The notes under the pieces are model-generated. The model worked only from the letters and a program-made list of their open reading frames with translations. It did not search any database and was not told the origin of the DNA. The position numbers were made by a program, and so were the translations under genes. A stretch of 64,000 bases of DNA from IMG/VR virus record IMGVR_UViG_3300027747_004524, positions 1-64,000 of that record; one strand, given 5' to 3'. Positions within the stretch are counted from its first letter, which is position 1. Each line of letters starts with the position of its first letter. Below are positions 47,173 to 55,899 of this stretch, piece after piece. This stretch comes from a virus.

Positions 47173-47709
47173 ATGTCTTTTGAAGAAGACCTTCCTGTCA
47201 ACAGACAGATAAGAAGTCGCCAGGTTCGTGTAATTTTAGAAGATAGGCAGCTAGGCGTTTTTCCTTTTGAAAAAGCCTTAAAGATGGCGCAGGACGCCAA
47301 TCTAGACTTGGTAGAAGTTTCTCCTCCTATCAATGGCACCTCAGTCTGTAGAATAACAGATTATGGCAAGTTTAGGTACGAGAAACAATTAAAAAAGAAA
47401 GAGCAGTTGAAAAAACAACGAACCTCTCAGGTGAATCTTAAGGAACTTAGACTTAGACCTGTTATAGGAAAGCATGATATGGAAGTCAAAATATCACAGG
47501 CAAGGAAGTTTTTAGAGGACAACTCTAAAGTACAGTTCAATATTGTTTTCAAGGGACAACGTGAGATGTCTCACAAAGAACAGGGTTTTTCTGTTATTAA
47601 ACAAATTATAGAGAGCCTATCAGATGCTGGTTTGGTCGAAAGAAATCCTAGGCTTGATGGAAACTGTATAACTTGTGTTATTTCTCCTAAAGTTCAGATT
47701 AAGAAATGA
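47173..47709 (+). CDS. infC: translation initiation factor IF-3
   Basis: VNRQIR..QVRVI..QLG..ALKMA..LDLVEV..VCRITDYGKFRYE; KELRLRP..HD..K..FL..KV. Confidence 0.95.
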   Translation: MSFEEDLPVNRQIRSRQVRVILEDRQLGVFPFEKALKMAQDANLDLVEVSPPINGTSVCRITDYGKFRYEKQLKKKEQLKKQRTSQVNLKELRLRPVIGKHDMEVKISQARKFLEDNSKVQFNIVFKGQREMSHKEQGFSVIKQIIESLSDAGLVERNPRLDGNCITCVISPKVQIKK

Positions 47710-48668
47710 GCCAAGCTACTGCGTACAAACTTCTTAGAGAGATATCAGAGTCTGACGAAGACCTTGTCTATCGTATTATGGGCGATTTCGGTCTTGGTCT
47801 TAAAAGATTCGTTGGTGCTGCCGACTTAACCCATCCTGAACTCAATGCTCTTTTCGAAGAGTTTTATACTGAGGACGGTCTTTTCCTAGATAGATGTTTT
47901 GAATTCGTTAAAACAATTAAGTACGCTAATCAAAATGGCTTCTCTAGTTCAGCCGGAGTTTTTGAAGAAAAACTAAATTCTTTCTTTAGGGGAAAGTTAC
48001 TCAACAAGATGTCAAACATCAGGTTGCTGAAAAGTTCCTCTCAAAGGCGAGAAATGAGGTCTCTTAAAAAATATAAGGCGATAAACCTAGACTACCTTTT
48101 TTCTTCTGAGTTTTGGCACGATTATCCTGAGTGTTTCGACTATTATGAAAGAAATAGCTTACTATATGAACAGAAGGTGTCTGATCTTCTTAGCAAAAAA
48201 GATACATATCTTTCTTTAGGCTTTTATTCTTTAGCAGAAGAAGCTGATAAAGACATAAATGAAATAAAGAGATCCGCTGAGTCTCATTATGGTTTTCATC
48301 AAATTAAGTCCACAACAGCTTCTGTCATTCTAGCACGAATGCTTGGCTTTTATTTTGATAAACACGGGATCTTTGTAGAAGGCAAGCTAAAATATTGTCC
48401 TTTTATATGTCCTGTAGAAGATATATTGTATGATGTTCCTCCTGTTATAAAAGATAAAATTGCTTGTTTAGAAGGCTTACCAGAAGCTGATGGCAAACCA
48501 ATCTTTGACGTATTTGCACTTATAGTTCCCACATGTTGTGGTGCCGTTAAGATTCCTGATAAAGATCAAAAAGAAGCTTTAAGGTTTTTTGTAAAAAATA
48601 AGGTCTTTAAGTCTGTACTTGTTGGGGAAAAAAGTAACAAATTATATTTTATAGACCTTGTTTCCTGA
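47706..48668 (+). CDS. hypothetical protein
   Basis: 320 aa, ATGA-coupled. Confidence 0.7.
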   Translation: MSQATAYKLLREISESDEDLVYRIMGDFGLGLKRFVGAADLTHPELNALFEEFYTEDGLFLDRCFEFVKTIKYANQNGFSSSAGVFEEKLNSFFRGKLLNKMSNIRLLKSSSQRREMRSLKKYKAINLDYLFSSEFWHDYPECFDYYERNSLLYEQKVSDLLSKKDTYLSLGFYSLAEEADKDINEIKRSAESHYGFHQIKSTTASVILARMLGFYFDKHGIFVEGKLKYCPFICPVEDILYDVPPVIKDKIACLEGLPEADGKPIFDVFALIVPTCCGAVKIPDKDQKEALRFFVKNKVFKSVLVGEKSNKLYFIDLVS

Positions 48669-48701
48669 TTTATATTTTGTAGAATATTGTTGAGGTGAAT
48701 T

Positions 48702-50180
48702 ATGTTAAGAAATGGTTTTAATTACATTAACGGAAAGTTCTGTGAGCAGAGGAATGACTTTCCTAGCTTGAACCCCTCGGACGAATCAGCAATAGGATAT
48801 TTTCCGCAGTCCACTGTGGATGAGGTCAGTACAACAATACAGGTTGCTAAAACCGCATTCTCAAGCTGGAAAGAAATCTCAAGGTTAAAACGTGCTGAGT
48901 ACTTTTGGAACTTATGTAATATTCTTGAGAAAAGAATTGATTATGTATCAAAAGCGATATCGCTAGAAACTGGTAAGACGCTCAACGAGAGCAAAGCAGA
49001 AGCAATAGAAGCTTTGCATATGGCTCAATACTGTTTTGGAAAAGCAAGAATTAGCAACGGCGAGATAGTTCCATCAGAGATAGCAGAAAGAGATTGCAAT
49101 GTTATAAGGAAGCCTAAGGGGGTTGTGGCTATAATTGCCCCATGGAACTTCCCTTTTGCAATTGGTGGATTTTGGTGTGCCGGTCCTTCTCTGCTTGAGG
49201 GCAATACCGTTGTTTTTAAGCCTAGTGAGCTTACTCCTTTGGTCGGCCAAATAACCGCTGAACTTTTTCATGAAGCTGGTTTTCCCGCCGGGGTTTTTAA
49301 CCTTGTTCATGGCGACGGATCGGTTGGTGAGTCGATAGTTAAAAATGATCTTGTTGATCACATTTGCTTCACAGGAAGTGCTGAGGTAGGAAGACTTATA
49401 AGAATAGCCTGTGCAGAAAGTTGGCATAAGACTTGTAGTTGTGAAATGGGCAGCAAGTCTGCCGTTATGGTTTTTGATGACGCTGATTTAGATTTGGCAA
49501 TTCCTGCTTGTGTAAACAGTGCTTTTAAGCTTAGTGGACAACGTTGTGTTTCTTCGGGTCGTCTTCTTATACAAAGAAGCATACTTGAAGAGTTTAAGCA
49601 GAAATTTGTTGCTGAAGTCTCTAGGTGTCATGTTGGAGATCCCTTTGCTAGTGTCCCGGGCGTTTGTTCTGTCGCTTTTGGGCCTTTAATTAGCAATGAG
49701 CAAAAACTTCGTGTTGAAAGCTTCAACAAAATGGTTTTGGAAGATAAAGACTGCACCGTGCTTTATCACAATTCGACACCCGTAGACAAAGGGTACTTTC
49801 TCTCTCCTTTTGTTTACCAGTGTGAGTGGTCAGATAAGGCCTTTTTGAAGCAGGAGGTCTTTGGTCCTCATGTCGCCATAATACCTTTTGATACTATTGA
49901 GGATGCTATAAAAATATATAACGACACTGAGTATGGCCTTTCCTTGGGCGTGGTGACCAATGACTTTAAGAAAGCCAAGAGAGTCAGGGACAATTGTGAT
50001 TTTGGTTTGGGCTACTGGAATGGTGGAAGCATAGCAGCAGAGTCTCACCTTCCTTTTGGTGGAGTTAAAAAGTCTGGGAACGGTCAACCGTCTGCTGCTG
50101 GACTGTTCGACAGCATTGTCCATAAGGTTTCTTGGACCGTTAATTATGGTGAACTTTCTTTCCCACAAGGATTAAAATAA
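48702..50180 (+). CDS. NAD(P)-dependent aldehyde dehydrogenase
   Basis: IAPWNFP, FKPSE, FTGS, CEMGSKS, GQRCVS, EVFGP, PFGGVKKSG. Confidence 0.95.
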   Translation: MLRNGFNYINGKFCEQRNDFPSLNPSDESAIGYFPQSTVDEVSTTIQVAKTAFSSWKEISRLKRAEYFWNLCNILEKRIDYVSKAISLETGKTLNESKAEAIEALHMAQYCFGKARISNGEIVPSEIAERDCNVIRKPKGVVAIIAPWNFPFAIGGFWCAGPSLLEGNTVVFKPSELTPLVGQITAELFHEAGFPAGVFNLVHGDGSVGESIVKNDLVDHICFTGSAEVGRLIRIACAESWHKTCSCEMGSKSAVMVFDDADLDLAIPACVNSAFKLSGQRCVSSGRLLIQRSILEEFKQKFVAEVSRCHVGDPFASVPGVCSVAFGPLISNEQKLRVESFNKMVLEDKDCTVLYHNSTPVDKGYFLSPFVYQCEWSDKAFLKQEVFGPHVAIIPFDTIEDAIKIYNDTEYGLSLGVVTNDFKKAKRVRDNCDFGLGYWNGGSIAAESHLPFGGVKKSGNGQPSAAGLFDSIVHKVSWTVNYGELSFPQGLK

Positions 50181-50596
50181 TGTCAAATTTTGCAAAAGTA
50201 TCTAAAAGTGGCCTTATTGATTTTGCTAGGTTGATATACAAACAGGCTTTAAATGGCTATTGCGACTTAGAGGACTCTGTTTGTATAGGAGAAACTAATA
50301 GTTTTTTTAATTCGCTTGAAAAAGACTTTTCTATTTCTGTTGCCTCTTCAACTTCTAATATGACATTTATTTCATCTAATCCACAAAATTCGCAATACTT
50401 TGTCGGGTTTGACCCTTCATTTAGCTGCACAGTTGGACAAACCAACTATGTAATTGGGGAAGCAAACCCCACTGAACAACAATTGTTGCTTTTTAACGAA
50501 GCAGATTCTTCTGGGAATACTATTAATGAAGTTATAGGAAACGATGAAGAAATCCTCGTTGATAGCAATGAAGTTCATGTTTTTCACAATTTTTAA
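50180..50596 (+). CDS. hypothetical protein
   Basis: 138 aa, coupled. Confidence 0.6.
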   Translation: MSNFAKVSKSGLIDFARLIYKQALNGYCDLEDSVCIGETNSFFNSLEKDFSISVASSTSNMTFISSNPQNSQYFVGFDPSFSCTVGQTNYVIGEANPTEQQLLLFNEADSSGNTINEVIGNDEEILVDSNEVHVFHNF

Positions 50597-50607
50597 GAAA
50601 GGTTTAT

Positions 50608-50925
50608 ATGAGCGTTCCAAAGGTTGCGGGTGTTAAGCCAACAGGCTCCCAGGTTCTAGTAGAGATATTGACTCCCAACGAGTTGATGGGAACAAGTTTG
50701 GCAATTACAGACAAGGTAGATCTCAAGGTCCCACTCCAAGGTTATGTAAAAGCAGTAGGTCCTTCTTTCAAGGCAGAGTCTTGGGGCTATGACGTTGGAG
50801 ATAGGGTTCTTATCTCTGGGACTGGTGTAATGGCACCTAATTACGACAGTTCACACAGAGATAGATTTTTTATGGAGCCAACTTCTATAAAGAGCGTTCT
50901 ACTTGAACAAAATGAATCCGTATGA
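50608..50925 (+). CDS. GroES-like co-chaperonin
   Basis: VKPTGSQVLVE..QGYVKAVGP..VGDRVL. Confidence 0.75.
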   Translation: MSVPKVAGVKPTGSQVLVEILTPNELMGTSLAITDKVDLKVPLQGYVKAVGPSFKAESWGYDVGDRVLISGTGVMAPNYDSSHRDRFFMEPTSIKSVLLEQNESV

Positions 50926-51964
50926 AGTTCTTGGCCTTAAGAATTCTGCTTCGATAAAAGATGTAGAAAAAGCCTATAGGGATCTTGCAAAAAAGTATCA
51001 CCCTGACCTTAATCCGGAGGATACAGGTGCAGCGGACAAGTTCAAAGATGTTCAGTCTGCCTATGAGATTCTTAAAAAAGTAAAAACTTCTAACTCATCG
51101 GCTTTTGACTTTGATGAGCGGATGAAGTTCCGCTCCAAGTCAAAATTTAATGACAGTGTTGAAGTAGATTTAAATAGCTTCTTCTCTAACTCCCTATTCA
51201 GGGGAAGGAACATACAGTCAAAAGTAGAAGTTAACTTTTTAGAGGTTTTAACTGGTGTTAAAAAGAATATCAAGATAAAGAAGAAGACTGTTTGTTCTTC
51301 CTGCTCTGGTGAGGGGTTCACAGACTACGTATTTTGTGAACGATGCGAAGGCAAAGGAATTTCTCAGGTACTTCAGCCACCATTTTCTTTAAATCGTCCC
51401 TGTGGCTTCTGTGGAGGCACAGGAAAGATAAACGTTAAAAAGTGTTCTTCTTGCTCTGGCATGGGTTACTCTTCTTACGAAGAGGACTCGGTTGAGGTTA
51501 ACATACCACCGGGTGTGGAACATGGTACTTCAATAACTATTAGTGGAGGCGGGGAGCCTTCTCTTAAAGGCGGTGAAAGCGGTGACCTCATAGTCTTGGT
51601 TGTTGTAAAACCTGATCCTCTTTTTAAGAGGGATGGGGCATCAATCCTTTTAGAGGTTCCTGTTTCTTATACACAAATAGTTTTAGGTTGTTCTTTAACA
51701 ATTCCATGCGTTTCTGGCGAAAGAATTGTTTTGAAAGTTCCGCAATTTACTCAACCTTATTCCAAGTTTAGAGTAAGAGGCAAGGGTCTTCCTTACAAGG
51801 GAAATATTGGAGACATGATAGTTTCTTTAAGGCTTGAAGTTCCTAAAGAACTTGACGAAGAATACAAAAAGCATTTAGAAGGACTTTCTTTTTTTGAGAA
51901 AAAGTATATAACTCTTGGTAGAAGTAGCTGGAACGAAAAGTTTGGTGATTCACAAAAGGAGTAA
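50912..51964 (+). CDS. dnaJ: DnaJ chaperone
   Basis: J-domain PYEVLG..YHPD; four CxxCxGxG repeats; C-terminal IPPGV, GDL. Confidence 0.92.
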   Translation: MNPYEVLGLKNSASIKDVEKAYRDLAKKYHPDLNPEDTGAADKFKDVQSAYEILKKVKTSNSSAFDFDERMKFRSKSKFNDSVEVDLNSFFSNSLFRGRNIQSKVEVNFLEVLTGVKKNIKIKKKTVCSSCSGEGFTDYVFCERCEGKGISQVLQPPFSLNRPCGFCGGTGKINVKKCSSCSGMGYSSYEEDSVEVNIPPGVEHGTSITISGGGEPSLKGGESGDLIVLVVVKPDPLFKRDGASILLEVPVSYTQIVLGCSLTIPCVSGERIVLKVPQFTQPYSKFRVRGKGLPYKGNIGDMIVSLRLEVPKELDEEYKKHLEGLSFFEKKYITLGRSSWNEKFGDSQKE

Positions 51965-51968
51965 AATT

Positions 51969-52181
51969 ATGAGTACAAACAAGCTGGTTTATGTTTTTTT
52001 AGCTTTAACTGGTCTGATTCTGACTTTTAGTCTTGGGATCAACTTTTTTGTAGACAAGGTCTCAGACCGTGTAATCCAAAAGCTAAAACAGGATTATTCG
52101 CCTTCTCCGTATGGTCCAACCATAGATCCTGATAAGATAGATCTAAACAAGGTGAACATAAAGGTCGATCCTAGTTTATAA
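51969..52181 (+). CDS. small membrane protein
   Basis: TM segment; AGGAG SD. Confidence 0.6.
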   Translation: MSTNKLVYVFLALTGLILTFSLGINFFVDKVSDRVIQKLKQDYSPSPYGPTIDPDKIDLNKVNIKVDPSL

Positions 52182-52515
52182 TTCTACATGCTGTTATTTT
52201 TGAAGGATACACAGAGGTATCATTTCCAAGCCTTTGCATTGTTAGTTGCATAACTTTACCAATCAAAGGCGTTCCTTGTATTCTTTTAAATTCATCGTAT
52301 GTGAAGAATAGCTTTGACCCATCTTCTAGTTGCATATAAATTGGGTTTATTTTATCATTTAATATGGATATTTTAGACTTTTTTTCGACACTAGGCAGAC
52401 CTAGATCCAAGCTAGGCAGGTGTATCTTTTTTGCCCAAAGGAAGTTTTCCTCTATGCATAGAGACTTAACTTCTTGTATATTCTCTGATATCTCTAGGAA
52501 TTTGTTAAATTGCAT
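52171..52515 (-). CDS. hypothetical protein with CTS-like N-terminus (MQFNKFLE)
   Basis: 114 aa; ATAAATA on - strand at 52541-47. Confidence 0.65.
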   Translation of the reverse strand: MQFNKFLEISENIQEVKSLCIEENFLWAKKIHLPSLDLGLPSVEKKSKISILNDKINPIYMQLEDGSKLFFTYDEFKRIQGTPLIGKVMQLTMQRLGNDTSVYPSKITACRIIN

Positions 52516-52545
52516 GGTTTATTACTCTATTACTCTTAGATATTT

Positions 52546-52878
52546 ATGAAAAACTACAATATTTTATCTGTTTCATCTTTAGTCCCTCTGTCCGTAGAGA
52601 TCAGAGACGAACAAGACGCGGAACCACCAAAATTTTTGAACGTAAAAATAGACTATAGAAATGAGAAGGTTTATTTTGAAGATCCCCCTGAAGGTTTAGA
52701 CCTTAAGGCTCTGGAGAGGCAAATCATTGACTATTTTAAGCCTCCGGTAGTAGAAATTCCAAATGTCTATTATGACTATTTGGAGAAAGTTAAAGAAGTT
52801 AGATCGGGAAATTATGCTACTTCTTTTATGGACGATTATCAAATTAATGGAGAAAACAATGACAGTAGGGAATCCTGA
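52546..52878 (+). CDS. hypothetical protein
   Basis: 110 aa; TAGATA 3 nt before ATG. Confidence 0.6.
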   Translation: MKNYNILSVSSLVPLSVEIRDEQDAEPPKFLNVKIDYRNEKVYFEDPPEGLDLKALERQIIDYFKPPVVEIPNVYYDYLEKVKEVRSGNYATSFMDDYQINGENNDSRES

Positions 52879-53446
52879 GAACTTTAAGGTTCAAATTAAG
52901 ACCGGTCGAGACGAGGTGGACTCTCGTGTGCCCTGTGACTTTACGAATTTAACTTTGAAAAAATTATTTTCTTGGATAGATGCTCAGCAAGTTAGTAGCT
53001 TTTTAAAAGCTGAGCTGAAAAGAAGTGCTTCAAGATTTCCCCACCAAGCTCTTCCTGCCTGGCAAAGAGATTTTGATAAACATCTTTCAAAGGCACATTC
53101 TAGATTAAGAAAGAAAAAGAATTTATTGAAGCCTGAGGTTAAACCTCTAGAAGATAAGAAAGAAGATCTTTCAAGGCATGTTGAAATGAGGGCGTCCGAT
53201 TTTTCTGGTTTTGAGGATGAAGAACTAGATGAAGGGCTTGAAAATGAAGATTTGTTAGGTAATGAGCTAGAAGCAGATGGCCTTATAAGCAACGTAGAGA
53301 CGCCAACAGAGCTTGAAGCATCTGATCATGTTGAAGCATCTGATCATGTTGAAGCTTCGCAAAACTCTGATCCTGAGCCCATCATTGAGGTGGTGAACGA
53401 AGAGGGTTCTAGTGCTTTTGACGTTTGCAAGGAGAACAATATATGA
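52859..53446 (+). CDS. hypothetical protein with acidic C-terminus and EASDHV repeats
   Basis: GGAG SD; 18-bp tandem repeat 53313-53355. Confidence 0.65.
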   Translation: MTVGNPENFKVQIKTGRDEVDSRVPCDFTNLTLKKLFSWIDAQQVSSFLKAELKRSASRFPHQALPAWQRDFDKHLSKAHSRLRKKKNLLKPEVKPLEDKKEDLSRHVEMRASDFSGFEDEELDEGLENEDLLGNELEADGLISNVETPTELEASDHVEASDHVEASQNSDPEPIIEVVNEEGSSAFDVCKENNI

Positions 53447-53652
53447 AAGCTTTTGCAATCATATCCATTGCTAGACAAGTTGATGGAGAATATTGTGTAG
53501 TTAAAATAGAAAAGGCATACAAAGACTCTTCTTTTGCTGAATCCTATGCAAAAAACCTTTCCAAAAGATATGCCGAAACAATATCGACTCCAAATGGTCC
53601 AATAGATTGCGTTTGTGAAAGAGGCATTTTTGAGATCGATATAGAGGATTGA
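53443..53652 (+). CDS. hypothetical protein
   Basis: AAGGAG SD, ATGA-coupled. Confidence 0.65.
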   Translation: MKAFAIISIARQVDGEYCVVKIEKAYKDSSFAESYAKNLSKRYAETISTPNGPIDCVCERGIFEIDIED

Positions 53653-53702
53653 TCAACTTTTATTTTTTTGTTACAATTATTTGATACCAAGGAGAACCAA
53701 TC

Positions 53703-54440
53703 ATGAGCACCCCAATAACACCACATAATCCCCTAGAAGGCGACAGGCCAGAACTAAATATAAAACTGCACGAAAGTACAGATGAGCACGTTTCTATAAT
53801 TATTGTTCATAAAGACAGACCAGAATACTTGAACATATGCCTTCAATCTATTGCTGTTACCTCTTTCAACAATAATTACGAAATAATTGTTGTTGATAAT
53901 AATAGCGGCAAAGACTCACAAGACTTTTTATCAGACATAGAAAATGAAGTAAAGGTTGTTAGAAATGACACCAATCTTTATTGGTCTGGTGCCTGCAATA
54001 AAGGCGTTCAGGCAGCAGATAAGAACTCTAAGTACTATATTTTTCTTCATTGCGATGTTGTAATTCTAAACCCAGCTTGGATTGATCTTTTGATAAATGT
54101 TTCTGAAGCACAGCAATCTGGAGTGATAGGTGTTGACACTCAATCTTACATGATAAGCAACAAAAAAGTCGATTTTCTCCAAGATCATATCTTGTTGTTT
54201 ACTAAAGAAGCTTGGAAAGACGTTGGCCCCTGGCCAGAAGAACTGCCAATGATCGGTCATTCCTTTATCATGACCATGAAAGCTCAAGCTAAGGGTCACA
54301 AGCCGCAGGTGGTAAAGAACCCGATTATACACCATTACAGAATGTTTAGTCTAGATGTAAGCGAATTCGAGAGAATGACCGAACACGCTATGTCTCATAT
54401 TCCAAAACTTATGACCGATGTACAGTCGAGGGCAATATAA
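53703..54440 (+). CDS. glycosyltransferase family 2
   Basis: VSIIIVHKDR..CLQSI..YEIIVVDNNS..GACNKG..FLHCD. Confidence 0.88.
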   Translation: MSTPITPHNPLEGDRPELNIKLHESTDEHVSIIIVHKDRPEYLNICLQSIAVTSFNNNYEIIVVDNNSGKDSQDFLSDIENEVKVVRNDTNLYWSGACNKGVQAADKNSKYYIFLHCDVVILNPAWIDLLINVSEAQQSGVIGVDTQSYMISNKKVDFLQDHILLFTKEAWKDVGPWPEELPMIGHSFIMTMKAQAKGHKPQVVKNPIIHHYRMFSLDVSEFERMTEHAMSHIPKLMTDVQSRAI

Positions 54441-55106
54441 ATGAAACTACTTGTCAAAGACAACAACTACGCCGTTCTAGATTCGGTGCTAGATGATGCT
54501 TATTTTAAGCAATTCTGTCACTACTTTAACACCTTAGACTTTGCGTATCGCTCCCTCACAGGCTGGCAGAAGGTCTGGAGAATCTCAGACGGCCAGGTTT
54601 TAGCAGGCTCACCGTACTATGCTTCTAAAGGTCCTCATAACTGTATGATGGACGGAATGATAGAAGTTATAAACACATTGGCCACACAGCACTTAGAAAC
54701 CATAGTGGGAAAAAAGGGAGAAGATTGGGATGATTTTCTCTTAACGCCATACATATATCCTGTTAACACAAAGATATCATGGCATAATGACTATGGATAC
54801 TCAGCTGCTGCCATATTCTACACCCATAGTTTTTGGGATCCCCACTGGGGCGGTGAACTTTTTATTGCAAAGACTTCTCCGGAGTCGGACGCCAGACTCA
54901 CCTCTCAGCCATCCGATGCTATTGATCGATCATATATGCCAGAGCTATTAAATGAATATGGCCTTGGCCAATATATTTCTCCTCTTCCAAACAGACTTGT
55001 TTTTACAAAAGGAAAAGTTTGGCACGCCATCAACAGAGTTGATGCTTCTGCCGGTGATGCTCTTCGTCGTTCTGTAGTAGCCTTCTTTTACAAAAAGAAA
55101 GATTGA
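54441..55106 (+). CDS. 2OG-Fe(II) oxygenase, prolyl-4-hydroxylase-like
   Basis: SWHND, WGGELF, NRLV, WHAINRV..R. Confidence 0.85.
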   Translation: MKLLVKDNNYAVLDSVLDDAYFKQFCHYFNTLDFAYRSLTGWQKVWRISDGQVLAGSPYYASKGPHNCMMDGMIEVINTLATQHLETIVGKKGEDWDDFLLTPYIYPVNTKISWHNDYGYSAAAIFYTHSFWDPHWGGELFIAKTSPESDARLTSQPSDAIDRSYMPELLNEYGLGQYISPLPNRLVFTKGKVWHAINRVDASAGDALRRSVVAFFYKKKD

Positions 55107-55107
55107 T

Positions 55108-55455
55108 ATGCCCTACATTGAAAACAGCTTCAGAAAAAGACTTGATATACACATAGAGAAACTAGTGGACTCTTTGTTCAATGCTGTTTCGGAAAAGGAC
55201 ATATCAGAATTTGATGCAAATGATTTACTGAACTGTTCTGGTAATTTAAATTACGTCATGACCAGAATTTGTTCTTCTTTGCTCGTAAACAAACCAACGT
55301 ATGCTAAGGTAGCCATTATTACAGGCGTTCTTGAGAACGTTAAGCAAGAGTTTTACCGTAGAGTCGCTTCACCATATGAAGACAAAAAGATAGAGCAAAA
55401 TGGTGATGTAAAGGGTTATTTAAGCGAAGAGACGAATTTGTTCCATTCTTCGTGA
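55108..55455 (+). CDS. conserved-type phage protein (MPYI...PYEDxKIxxNGDV)
   Basis: LNY..TR..GVLENVKQEFYRRVASPYEDKKIEQNGDV pattern recurrent in phages. Confidence 0.7.
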   Translation: MPYIENSFRKRLDIHIEKLVDSLFNAVSEKDISEFDANDLLNCSGNLNYVMTRICSSLLVNKPTYAKVAIITGVLENVKQEFYRRVASPYEDKKIEQNGDVKGYLSEETNLFHSS

Positions 55456-55847
55456 TCGTGGATCCTAGGGCAATGATCCCCAGAATAGAAGCAAGCATAG
55501 GCCATACAAAATAGCTCTTCGTCATTTTGTTTTTGCCTATTTTTTGTTCCCTTAACTATCTTTGACCATTCTTTTTTCTTGCTTTTGTCTATTAGGTGTT
55601 CCCATACCATGTGTGCTATTTCGTGTAGCGTTGTGAACTTTCTTGAATAATTCCACGGTGCTGCTACCACTATTTTCTTCTTGTGCACATAGCCAATATG
55701 ATCCTCGTCCCCTTTTAGAGTGTTTTTAGGGGTATAGGTAAACTTAAACTTGTTGAGTATTTCTTGATGCTTCTTGGGAAGTGCAGAAATAAGCTGGTCT
55801 ACGTTTTCTTTTTCTTCTGCCTCTATAAAAAGCTTAAAATTCATCAT
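55416..55847 (-). CDS. zincin-like metallopeptidase with CTS-like N-terminus (MMNFKLFIEAEE)
   Basis: TTLHEIAHMVW..EELFC; TAAATA 4 nt before ATG. Confidence 0.7.
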   Translation of the reverse strand: MMNFKLFIEAEEKENVDQLISALPKKHQEILNKFKFTYTPKNTLKGDEDHIGYVHKKKIVVAAPWNYSRKFTTLHEIAHMVWEHLIDKSKKKEWSKIVKGTKNRQKQNDEELFCMAYACFYSGDHCPRIHDHEEWNKFVSSLK

Positions 55848-55899
55848 ATGGTATTTATGCTCCTGCAATCTTTTTACGCCTACATGGGTAAATACATAT

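Noticed and set aside
53313-53355. 18-bp tandem repeat (EASDHV x2.4)
   Set aside because: In-frame slippage duplication in a disordered acidic tail; no sign of a regulatory role.
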